DNA of 64,000 bases from the human T2T-CHM13v2.0 reference genome, Homo sapiens. The notes under the pieces are model-generated. The model was given only the letters and a program-made list of their open reading frames with translations, searched no databases and was not told where the DNA came from. The translations under genes were made by a program, and so were the position numbers. The stretch lies in NCBI RefSeq assembly GCF_009914755.1, contig NC_060935.1; one strand, given 5' to 3'. This document shows, one piece after another, positions 48,121 through 62,841 of this stretch; position 1 is the first letter of the stretch; each line of letters begins with the position of its first letter.

Positions 48121-48700
48121 GGTAAAGTACAGAGATGGTAGGACACCTTGCTTACAGCTTTAGAAATAAAAGAAGCCAAATGGGGTGGATGGTCTGGATT
48201 AAGAGCAGTAACTGAATATGGCATGGCCTAGTAAAAAGTGTAAACAGGCTGGCTCTCTGAACCTCTGCCTTACTGAGTTTGCATGTAGTCCAGGTAGATT
48301 CTACACATGCCATGAGCTACAGATTTTAAAGCATAAAACCCACATATAGAACTAACCAAGAGTGAAACAGAAGCATAATGAGTTAAAGAAAAGAAGTGTG
48401 TCTAATAATATATTTTAAAAATTGTTTGATACACACAGGTAGACAGTATTCAGCTTTCCTAGAAGGTATTTCAGAAACTCATTGAAAAGATACTGTTTCT
48501 CACTTGCCAATGCATTTCATGATCTGTCCCCTGCCTACTGTAACCCCCTCTCGTGCAGTACCACTGGATAATAGCTATCATTACTACAGGATGAGGCCAT
48601 GCTCCTGAGAATTGCTTATGAGTGGTCTCTTGATTTGAACTCTGCCTGGCCCTTGATGACCACTCTGCCTACCCAGCCTCAACACTTCACACTCCAGCAG

Positions 48701-48988
48701 TTCTTTTTTTTTTTTTTTTTTAAGAGACAGGGTCTTGCTCTGTTGCCCAGGCTGAAGTGCAGTGGCACAATCATGGCTCAGTGCGGCCTCAGACTCCTCG
48801 TCCTTCTGCCTCAGCGTCCCGAATAGCTAGGACTCAGACACATGACATCATGCCCAGCTATTTTTTTTTAAGTGTTGGGGTCTCACTATGTTGCCCAGGC
48901 TGATCTTGAACTCCTGGCCTCAAGCAATCCTCCTGCTGCTTTGGCCTCCCAAGGCAAGGATTACAGGTGTGAGCCACCACACCCAGCC
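48701..48988 (-). mobile_element. AluJ-like
   Basis: PolyT head, TSD acactcc(a/g)gcagtt. Confidence 0.9.
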
Positions 48989-49039
48989 ACACTCCGGCAG
49001 TTTTGAACCCAGCCTGTTTCATGCTTCCAAGCCTCTGAA

Positions 49040-49960
49040 ACTCATTTTTTCAATACATTATTATTGGTATATTCTAGCATTGAGGACACAGAAGAAACAA
49101 GGCAGACAAGGTTCCTCACTCTAGTGGCATTTACATTCTAATGGAGTAAGACAACAATCAATCAAGAAAATAAGTAGATGGTGATGAGTACTCTATAGAA
49201 AAAAGGAGTAGGATGATGTAGTAAGGGATGACTGTGAGGCTATTTTAAGTTGAGTGGTTGGGGAAAACCTCCCTGAGGAGATGCATTGAAGTTGATCCCT
49301 GAATGACAAGGAGCCAGCCACAGAAAGCTTGAAAGAGCTTTTCATTAGAGGGAAGACCTAGGGCAAAGGTCCTAAGGGAATAATGAGCTTGGTTAGTTCA
49401 AAAAACAGAAAGATGACCAATGTGAATGGAAGAGGTTATCAAGGCCTTTTGCAGTCTGTTCCCTGCCTACTGTCACCTCTTCTCATGCAGTACCACTGGG
49501 CATATGATAATCCTACAGAGGCGGGTCATAAAAAGCCTTGTAAGCTAAGGTACAGAATTTGGATTTTCTAAGAGCTATAGCAGAGAGTGAGCCATCTGCT
49601 GGGTGATGTGAACTGTAAGAGTCGGGTGAGAGGCAAGAGTGGAAAGCATTGCTAGGAAGCTACTACAGCAATCTAGAGGAAAGATGACAGTCTGGACTAG
49701 GCTGGTAATAGGAGGGATGGAAGAAAGTGGACTTATTTGAAATATACGTAGACTCTATAGGAATTACTAATGGATTAGATGTGTGGAACAAGGCACAGAG
49801 GATTCAAGAATACATTCTAGGTTTTGGCTTGTGCAAGTGGGAAGATAGTGATACCATTTACTGAAGTGGAACAACTAAATGAGAGGTGTATTTGGGGGAT
49901 AAAGCTAAGTTTTGTTTTGGGTATGTTAAGTTTGAAATACCTGTTTGACATACAAGTAGA
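49040..49960 (-). mobile_element. L2 fragment
   Basis: Reverse L2 hallmarks (acattctaatggag..., gggaaaacctccctgaggagatg..., ggattagatgtg..., tttgttttgggtatgttaagtttga). Confidence 0.7.
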
Positions 49961-49997
49961 AAAAAGCATAGGCCTATATACATAGACAGAAAAAAAA

Positions 49998-50031
<34 letters not shown>
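49998..50031. repeat. Compound (CT)11(AT)6 microsatellite
   Basis: Read directly from the sequence. Confidence 0.9.
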
Positions 50032-50364
50032 TCATACTTATCTATTAATCAATCTACCTCAGGAGTTCCATGGAAAAGTCAGAACTAGAGACAGAAATCA
50101 CAAGAATCAGTATTACATACCCAGTATTCAAAGCTCTGACACATACACCCCTACCTTGTCCAACTGTTGAATTCCTGGTCATCCTTTAAAACCTAGTTCA
50201 GACATCATCTCCCAAGGTCTTCCCTGATCACCCGGAGTGAATCCCTTTCTCCCTTCTATTACGTGGGTATTTTGTGGGTACTTATATCTTTCCATTTACG
50301 ACTGCACGGTAATTATTTGCTGACACATAAAGGCAGTGACCTCATTAGATTCATTTTGGTGGTC

Positions 50365-50492
50365 TTTTTTTTTTTTTAAGAGATGGGGGTCTCACTATGT
50401 TGCCCAGGCTGGATTCAAACTCCTGGGCTCAAGTGATCCTCCAGTCTCAGCCTCCTGAGTAGCTGGTACTACAGGCTTGTGCCACCAAGCCC
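50365..50492 (-). mobile_element. Alu monomer (FLAM-like)
   Basis: PolyT plus a single arm. Confidence 0.8.
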
Positions 50493-50954
50493 CCTCACAT
50501 TGGTCTTCTTCAACATTAACATTGTAAACTATGATGTGTCTGATAAAGTAGACTCTCAATAAATGTCAATTAAATTGAACTAAATTCATCAAACTCACAA
50601 AGTCAGAAGCAAAAGTTAAACTGACAAAGACAAAATGCTGCTAGGTGAGAATTAAAACTTCCACCATCGCGCGGGGGAACCATAAAAACAATCAAACCCT
50701 TTTTCTCCCTACATCTAAACTAATAAGTCTACAGACGCAGAAAAGGAGGACGAAGTTCTCTTATTTACAGAAAAAAAAAAAAGGAGTTGAGTGCAAAGTG
50801 CCTACAGTACTTATTCTCTCAATGACTAACATTATGACTATCTGCCCATAAAAAGATCTGCATAAAAAATGCTGCAGTGTGTCTATCACCAAACAATGTA
50901 TCATTTATACTGCAAAAGTTGTAGAAGGAGGGTAGGCAGCTTATAAATACTCAC

Positions 50955-51055
50955 CAGCAGACAGTGGGCAAAGTCAGGACCTCCCACTAGGCCAGTGAAA
51001 TTTCCCAGCTGCTCAGCAAGAGCTAATAGTACCTCATCTTCATCATAAATTGTAT
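50955..51055 (-). CDS. PPP2R1B: PPP2R1B exon 3
   Basis: ttccag|AT...CTG|gtgagt; 101 nt; [34 protein letters not shown]; codon 90 is Gly (GGC). Confidence 0.96.
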
Positions 51056-51438
51056 CTGGAAGTGACAACAACAGGACTCATCAACATGGATAGCTCTCCC
51101 ACAGCTGGACACTGACACAAAACTAGGAACAGATTCACTATGCGACCAGGAAGGTGACCCAGTCAAAATCCTAACAGCATTTTCTTTCTTCTCAACCGTC
51201 TTCCTGTATCTGCTTTGCACAACGAATTAGAAATTCATACTCCCGTATCAATTACTTTCAATAGCTAAATGGTTGATGTTTGAATATATCTAGCCACAAC
51301 TAACAATATACTCTGTTCTGTTTCTTTTGCACAAAAAACACCTGGCTCATTTTAATGTGGGTAATAAACTCTAAAAAAGTCAGTGTTGAAAGCTACTGGA
51401 AAATGGAATGTCCCTACCTTTCTTTAAACAAAGATTCA

Positions 51439-51588
<150 letters not shown>

Positions 51589-52397
51589 TCAAAAGACAAA
51601 AGGTGCTAACAGGTGAAATTATGACACAGGGGTAAGAATGAAGATAACCTTTCATTTAGATTTTACTGTTAAGGAAGCTCATAAGGACTTCCAAAAAGAA
51701 GTGTAACTCGGCCTCACTAGCCGGCGGAGGATTTCCCAGGAGAAACACTCAGAAGGGACCGGAAGAGAAATGAAGGAAAGACAATACAACACCTAGGAAG
51801 TAAGATAATTTTAAAAAGAGAGCACTTTGGCAGTGGTGAAGCAGGTGAAACGGTTGAATACAACACCTGTGGTTTCAAAGAAAAGTTCCCACAGAGCGGA
51901 TACACTACTCGTCCAGATTAATCGGCCATCCCACCCCCGCTTTCTACCCAACAAGCCGAGCCAGTTCCAAGCCGAGATGAAGGGATCCAGGGGCACTTCA
52001 AAGGGCTTCTGGGCATCCTGCGCCCCTCAGCCGCTCCAGCCCCGTCTCGGCCTGGCACCGCGCTTCTCCTGCTCCCTCGCCCAAGAGACGCGGCCACCTC
52101 ACGGCCCGGATGGGGCGCCCAGGCGGGAAGCGGGTTCCCCGACAACCGCCCGGGAAGGGCAAGGCTCCGGGCGGACGCCTCAGGGGGTCCGAAGCAAGGT
52201 TACTAGAGAGGTACCCGGGAGGGTCGGGGCGTGTCACCACAGCCCCTCGCGGAGCATTCCCCGCCTCCCCTTCAAGTTTCTGCTACGAGTCCGACTCATT
52301 CAGTACCTCGGCCACCCCCACCGCGACGCAGGCCTTCCCCCTTCTCTACCACGCGACCAGCCGGTCTCGCCTCGGGTCCCCGGCCTCAGTCCAGTAC

Positions 52398-52511
52398 CTG
52401 CACGTCTTCATTGCGGAGCTCGTCGATTAAAACCGCGATCGGGTATAGCGAATCATCTCCATCTCCACCCGCTGCTCCTGGGCCGGTCCCGAGCTCTGAT
52501 GCGCCCGCCAT
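52398..52511 (-). CDS. PPP2R1B: PPP2R1B exon 1, coding part (PP2A scaffold subunit A-beta)
   Basis: aacATGG start context; [38 protein letters not shown]|gtactg. The extended N-terminus distinguishes A-beta from A-alpha. Confidence 0.98.
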
Positions 52512-52542
52512 GTTCTTTCTCCTCCTGCTGCTGGTCACCGCC

Positions 52543-52632
52543 TCCCGCCCCGCGCCCAGGCCCCGCCCCGCGCCCAGGCCCCGCCCCGCGCCCAGGCCCC
52601 GCCCCGCGCCCAGGCCCCGCCCCGCGCCCAGG
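52543..52632. repeat. 18-bp tandem repeat x5 (CCCCGCCCCGCGCCCAGG)
   Basis: Units start at 52543, 52561, 52579, 52597 and 52615. Four are perfect; the first has one mismatch. Confidence 0.97.
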
Positions 52633-53639
52633 CAGTAGGGACGAAGGCCGCCACGCTGGTTTAGCCGAAGTTGGGGAGCCGCGTTTCTGTCCCGATGATT
52701 AAGGCTCCCTTCTGACCCCCACTGCAGGAGTTGTAGGTCTGAACTCAAGAAGACGGGTGGGCTAAGAAAGCGAATGGAACCCCTGCGTCCTTTCCCCAGC
52801 CGAAAGAAACAGGGACAGGGATTCATCCAGCTCGTTGTAGTCTGAAGGAGCCAGGAACCTACCTGAATGATCTGCGCTGTGCCCTCTTAAGACTCAGGCG
52901 GACCAAAGAGAGTGCCCGAGGCCAGGAGGAAAAAGGCTTTAGCACCTCCCCTGACTTCTTCCTGGCCCTGAGCCACTGGATCTCCAGCCCTAATTTCTCC
53001 GCTCAGACTCAAACTTCCACAGAACCCCTCCACCTCTTCCCGCGGCTCTTTCTCCAGAATGGTATCTGGCTCCTGCTCCGTAAGACAAATAACGCGGGCG
53101 GTGAGAGAAAATGAACAGTGCTGTCCAAACTCCCCAGTCAATATTTTTTCCACGCAAGCTGTTAAAAACATGCTGCTCTCTTGTTTTTGTGTTTCTTTTC
53201 AGTTTGGTACTGGAATGGTGCCTTCTGTTGTATTTTCTTCCTCCCATTTTTTAGCTCTTTAGCATGCTAGAAGTACAACAATGAAGCAAAACTAGGACAA
53301 GCTTTAATCCTTCCAAATTGGGTGGGGTGGCTACTTTCTTGAGCAAGAAAACCCAAACTGGCCTCCCTAGACCTCCAAGAGTCCTCAGAGGCAGCAAGGG
53401 GAAGAGGTGGAGGTCTGGGAGCTCGTTCTTACAAACCTGAATGGAAAGTTTTCACTTACCCCTGTCAGGGTAGCACAGAATAATTAGAATGTTTTGTTTG
53501 TTTTAGACTGGAATTTAAGCAGCTTGGAGTGATAACTACATATGGTGATCACAAGCTCCGAAATGGTAATTCTATGTGCCTGATTAATAAAACTATAAAT
53601 GCAGTGTAGGAGACAAACTTTTTTAAAACATGGGATTCT

Positions 53640-53900
53640 GAGGCCGAGGCGGGCGGATCACTTGAGGCCAGGAGTTCGAGACCAGCCTGGCCAACTTGGT
53701 GAAACCCTGTCTCCACTAAAAAATACAAAAATTAGCTGGGCTGGTGACGGGAGCCTGTAGTCCCAGCTACTCGGGAGGCTGACATGAGAATCGCTTGAGC
53801 CCGGGAGGCAGAGGTTGCAGTGAGCCAGGATCGCACCACTGTACTCCAATCTGGGCGGCAGAGTGAGACCCCGTCTCTAAAATAAATAAATAAATAAATA
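53640..53900 (+). mobile_element. 5'-truncated Alu with (TAAA)n tail
   Basis: gaggccgaggcgggcggatcacttgagg...ccgtctctaaaataaataaa. Confidence 0.93.
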
Positions 53901-53955
53901 GCGTTCTTGGAAGTAAGCACAATAGAGCCTTTGAATGAATGAATGAAATAATGAA

Positions 53956-53998
<43 letters not shown>

Positions 53999-54072
53999 AT
54001 GGGGTTCTTGGAAGTAAGCACAATAGCTAGAGCCTTTGATAGTAATGAAAGTTTGGGAACCAGCAGACCTGA

Positions 54073-55043
54073 ACAGTTTTTCTCAAATTATGTCTGCGAA
54101 TGTATTCTCTAGGGTTTTAATTTTATTTTCATTTTCATATTTTTTAGATTTGTATAAGCATATTCTGAATTATTTGGGTGACCACCTTACAACCAAGTAT
54201 TGCCACACAATTTCAGCACCCACATTTACATGTGTGTTTTAGTGCTGCTTTTATTGTTCTGGGATAATGAGAAAAGAACAGAGGTGGTTTTAAAATGACA
54301 ATGATACTTTCATGCACAAAATGAAAGCCAAATGCATCATGAGATTGCACTATTTGGTAGTTGTAACAGAAAAATGGTGAGAAAATTAAGATATCAGGAG
54401 TCACTTGGTGGCATAGGCATGTTGAACACAAAAGAAGCTGAGCTATAGCAGGCAACACCATAGTAACAATACGACGGATGACAGTTTTAGCAAAATACAT
54501 CATTTGTCACGTTAAATTACTATAATATTTTTAATTGAATAGTATTCATTTTGTGGTTTCATTTGTATTTAATTTGTAAATTTGTTGTGGTTTTTTTTTA
54601 GCTGTGTAAGAACTAGAAATAAAAGCACATTTTTCCTACTTTATATTCGTAAATTTAAATAACCACAGCATAATAAAAACAATTTAGCTAAACATGGTAA
54701 CGCGTGCCTGTCTTCCCAGTTACTTGGGAGGCTGAGGTGGGAGGATCACTTGAGCCTAGGGGTTCATGACCATCCTAGACAACACAGCAAGACCCCCATC
54801 TCTAAAATAATAATAATAATGACTTAACTGAGAGTTTTCAGGATTTTAAAAAATTATTGTGTTGTGTGTGTGTGTGTGTGTGTTTAACAAACAGGGTCTT
54901 GCTGCGTTTCCCAGGCTGGAGTGCAGTGGCACAATCATAGCTCACTGTAACCTTAAACTCCTGGACTCAAGCAATCCTCCAGCCTCAGCCTCCTGAGTAG
55001 CTAGGACTATAGGCATGTGCCACCACATCCAGCTTCGTGTGTG

Positions 55044-55076
<33 letters not shown>

Positions 55077-55155
55077 ATGGAGACAGAGTCTCACCATGCT
55101 GCCCAGGCTAAAAATGGATTCATATATTTAATACTACCCAACTTGGAGAGACAGA
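54073..55155. mobile_element. Possible hAT-Charlie fossil interrupted by two Alu elements (54686-54820 +, 54864-55108 -)
   Basis: Begins cagtttttctcaaa (Charlie-type TIR), has an AT-rich body and a degenerate end ttggagagacag. The Alus are clear; the Charlie call is by eye only. Confidence 0.35.
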
Positions 55156-55266
55156 GGGCTAAGAGGTTTTTTTAACTTAGTACTTTACCAGTTAGAAGAT
55201 CAGAGGGGATTCCTGTAGGCATTGAGAGGAGGAATCTGTTTTCTTATACTTTATGTAAAAAGTTCA

Positions 55267-55839
<573 letters not shown>

Positions 55840-56344
55840 TTAAAGTCTTCAGAAATAATAAAGGAAGCATGCACAGAGAGAAGCAGATTAAGTCAGTTCC
55901 ACAGTACTGTTTTCGATATTAACTCAAGCTTAAGAGAGCCTTAATATGCTAACAAAAACTGGCACCTTGATGCTAAACTACTTTGTTTAAAATACAAATA
56001 TGCTTTGCTTACCCAAGTACAATGAACTGGCGATTCAAGGAATAACTATGATTAAATATAAAATCACAAGCTGAGAAAATAGGCCCCAGAAAATTGCCTG
56101 GTTTGAGAGTCATCAATTTTGGACTTCAGTTCCCATCTCTGTGTCTGACTCATCATGACCTACCTCTCCCAGTGCCTCAATCCCACCTTCCACCCCCTAA
56201 CACCCCATAAAATGGAGCTAACCACCTCTTGTTCCTGCTTGAGTTGCTGTGATGCTATGAGAATGAAACAGGTAATAAACATGGAGATGCTAATAAATCC
56301 TTCAATGAAGGTGATTAAAACAGACTGCAGCAGAAAAAAAGGCT

Positions 56345-56525
56345 AGTTCAAAACCTGAGCCAAATTCTGAGGCTGACCGTCTGAATCACTTAAGATGCCT
56401 GTTAAAAATGCAGATTTCTGGCCTCCAACCCAGACCTACTGAATTAGAGTCCTTAAGAATGGGGCCAGATGGTTTACAGTGTCCACTGGGTGATTCTAGT
56501 GTGCATTGATACTTGAAAACCATTG
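56345..56525. mobile_element. MER5A-like hAT-Charlie MITE
   Basis: gaatcac...tgttaaaaatgcagatttctggcc...cccagacctactgaattagagt...ggtgattct...ttgaaaaccattg. Confidence 0.75.
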
Positions 56526-56699
56526 ATTTTAAAAGTTCATCTGGAAAAGTAATTTCCATGTCAATAAACAAGCATCTGCTCAGGTAGAGTCTGAAAGTCT
56601 TTGGAGGCCACCCGTGTCCAGAAGAAATCAAATGACTTATCAATAAGCAATTCTGAATCTATAGGCTGTGGGTTTTGCCAGATTCAAAAGATGGTCCCA

Positions 56700-56932
56700 C
56701 AGCCTGAGCAACAAAGCAAGACCCTGTCTCTACCAGAAAAAAAAAAGAAAAAGAAAGAAAATAGCAGAGTCCGCTGGCACACCTGTAGGCCCAGCTGCTT
56801 AGGAGGCTGAGGTGAGATGATCACTTGAGCCCAGGTGTTCGAGGCTACAGTGAGCTATGATCACATCACTACATTCCAGCCTGGGAATAGAGCCAGACCC
56901 TGTCTCTAAAAAATAAATAAATAAAATAAAAA
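56700..56932 (+). mobile_element. Partial AluJ
   Basis: End of left arm, linker, right arm and tail. Confidence 0.85.
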
Positions 56933-57336
56933 GGATTGTCCCTCTTTTGCTGGACTTCTGGAATTTAGCCAAGCACTACCAATACAGTACTGTGGCACTG
57001 AGGTATTTCCATATCCTGTCTCTATTCCTCCCTCAGGTCTCCTCTCCACTTCCCACACACACCCCACAAGAAACTAATAACCAGGGAATGCCAGAGGCAA
57101 CAGCTGAGATTAGGTTGAGGATTTAAGGCAGCCCTCAGGTAACAAGGTGACAGCCTCAGTACAAAAGCACTGAGTTCTGACACCCACATGCAGTTCACTC
57201 ATCCAGTGTGGATCAAAGGAAGACTGAGTTAGATTTGCCCGGTTCCTATAAGACAAAGCATCAAGAATATAGGAAGTACAGGCAGATGGGATCGACGGCC
57301 ATCAACTCTTGCTCACATTAACAGCTCTCAAAGTCA

Positions 57337-57611
<275 letters not shown>

Positions 57612-58345
57612 GAAAAGCATCAGTCATGAGGATCGAAGTGACATCACTGTCATCTTCTCTGGCCCCTTGCCTCAAGTTTACTAAACTTGCGTCTCCCTTA
57701 CAGCCAAAGAGCTTTACAAATAGGTTCTCATTCAAATGCTGATCTGCTCCACAGTCACCCCACTGTGTGAGAAGGCCAAGTGTAGGAGACCTGTAAGTGT
57801 CTCAGGGCAGATTCAGACTGTTGTCCCCCTGAAAGGGACATCAAGGGAGTGGTGGATGACAGGGGCGGGAAACCTGAGGCACACGGAAGCATTTTCCAAC
57901 TGTCTTCATTTGGCAAGATGACCCTGGTAAACTGATTCCGAGGGCTGTACTTAATTCATCGCAAAGTAGTGATTATCACCATAGCATTAATGATATTTTA
58001 AATTTGTATTTATGCAAAGTATGTCACCATTCTGTGGAACTCAAATATTTTCCCTTCAATTTCAGCTCAATATTTTAGCCTTCTTTTTCTTCTGTGTTTT
58101 CTTCATGGCAAATTTTTAATCTCATTTTTATGGGTGGGAATACCCCAACAAAGAGAAAGGGACTTTACCTGATGTCCCAATAAATCAGAAGCAGGTGCAG
58201 AACTCATAATCAGGGATTATTGCTACTCCCTCCTCCATCTCCTACCTCTGTTCTACAGCTCATCACCACATATAACAAAGGTATTGGATTTCCAAGGCAA
58301 ACTTTGCTTGAATTCTTGGGAAGAGCAAATCAAAGAAATAGGACA

Positions 58346-58648
<303 letters not shown>

Positions 58649-58664
58649 TCAGTTACCTTTCACA

Positions 58665-58912
58665 ATAGTACATACAATGGTTAGGAGAGTATACTCTGGA
58701 GTCAGGAAGATGTAGATTGAAATCCCACCTCTACCAATTACTAGCTGTGTGACTTTGGGCAAATAACCTATCCTCTCTGAATCTTGGTTTCTACATTTAT
58801 ACGGTGGGGCTGTTGAGCTTACCTCATGTGGTTGTTAAAAAGATTAAATAATTCATATAAAGTGCATAGGTAGTGCCTGGCAAGAGAAAGCACTCAAATA
58901 CTATCCATTAAC
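58665..58912 (+). mobile_element. MIR
   Basis: ggttaggagagtatactctggagtcag...ttactagctgtgtgactttgggcaaat...ggttgttaaaaagattaaat. Confidence 0.8.
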
Positions 58913-59165
58913 AGTTTTTATCTACTGAGGAAGTGGGAGCAAATAGGAAAATATTGCAATCAATTGAACTTTGGCAACAGAAAGGACCCACATGAAAGAA
59001 TGAAAGAGGTACATGACTTACAGAGTCAGAATACCTGTTCCAGAAGATTTTTTTCATCGGTAAAATAGAGCTTTTACCTCTCAGACTTGTGAGGAGTGAG
59101 AGTCATGATGAAAGGTGCTTTGTTAGTGGAAAGCACCATGCAGATGTTAGAAGTTGTGTTATTTA

Positions 59166-60841
<1,676 letters not shown>

Positions 60842-61165
60842 TCACCCATTTTTCCACTAATATCCTTTTTCTATTGCAGGACTCACTCCAGAATACCACA
60901 ATGCATTTAGGCTTTTTGAATTTTGAACCATGAAGATTATTACCTATTGAAACAAGCAAACCTTTTAGTTCTTGGTTTACCATACTACAGACTGTGCTCT
61001 CTGCCTGGCCCTGGCTGTCTTTCCTGTGGCATCCATAGATGTGTATGATAAGTAACTCCTGCCCAGCTATTCCCTGTGTATCTCTGCTATATCCACAGGG
61101 TAGAGTCCAGATTTCTTTATTGTCTCTCATTTTTGTAGGCCTCTTATCACCATGTCGTTTTTTAA

Positions 61166-61931
<766 letters not shown>

Positions 61932-62064
61932 ACTTATTTTTCATAAAGTGAAACAACTTTGACTACATCCTGTTCTCATCTCTGCCTACTGACTCCGTCT
62001 AGGTTCCCCCAACATATCATCCAAAAAAGACTGTAGACTTCAAAGAGGTTATGAAATAGGGACT

Positions 62065-62455
62065 ATAAGTCACGGTTAAAAGAGCGGCTCAGGCGTCAGA
62101 CTGCTTGGGTTTGAATTGCAGGTCTACCATTTTCTACCTAGGTGATCTTGGGCAAGACACTTAATAATATCTCCAAGCATCAGTTTCCCCATCTATAAAA
62201 GGAGGTTAATAATAGTTATTGACTTCATAAGGTTGTTGTGACGACTATGTGAGAAAAAAGCAACTTAAAGCATTCCTGACGTAAGTGGGGCGTGGTGCAG
62301 ACACCTGCATTTCCCAGCCATCCAGGAGCCTAGGTGGGAGGATCACTTGGCCCAGAAGTTTGAGGCTCACTGCAAAATAAATAAATAAATAACAAAAAAT
62401 AAATAAAAATAAAAATCTTGACATATAGTAAAGTTTAATATGTTAGCTATTATTC
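62065..62455 (+). mobile_element. MIR interrupted by an Alu fragment (62286-62415)
   Basis: ggttaaaagagcggctcaggcgtcagactgcttgggtttgaat...catcagtttccccatctataaaa...tgttagctattatt. Confidence 0.75.
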
Positions 62456-62516
62456 ATGATTCCTCCACAGAGCAAATCTGACAATCTAGAGGGTGTATTA
62501 AAAAAACAAAAACCAA

Positions 62517-62841
62517 GGCTGGACATAGTGGTTCACGCCTATAATCCCAGCACTTTGGGAGGCTGAGGCGGGCAGATCACCAGAGGTCAGGAGTTTGAGA
62601 CCAGCCTGGCCAACATGGTGAAACACCATCTCCACTAAAAATACAAAAGTTAGCCAGGCGTGGTGGCGTACCTGTAATCCCAGCTACTCAGGAGGCTGAG
62701 GCAGGAGAATCGCTTGAACCCAGGAGGTGGAGCTTGCAGTGAGACCAGATCATGCTACCGCACTCCAACCTGGGCAACAGAGCGAGACTCTATCTCAAAA
62801 AACAAAAACAAAACAAAACAAAAACCAAACCAACAAACAAA
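62517..62841 (+). mobile_element. Alu (S-type)
   Basis: Full dimer, (AAAAC)n tail. Confidence 0.94.

Larger units (their letters stand above)
51890..52700. promoter_or_regulatory. PPP2R1B: CpG island / TATA-less promoter and first exon of PPP2R1B
   Basis: Very GC-rich and CpG-dense compared with depleted flanks; spans the ATG; multiple GGGGCGGGG boxes; boundaries approximate. Confidence 0.9.

Noticed and set aside
52543-52632. CRISPR-like array
   Set aside because: Units are head-to-tail with no spacers, in human DNA; it is a minisatellite.
51827-52702. 291-aa plus-strand ORF, the longest in the track
   Set aside because: TTG start, antisense across the CpG island and repeat, Pro/Arg/Gly low complexity; expected from stop-codon scarcity in GC-rich DNA.
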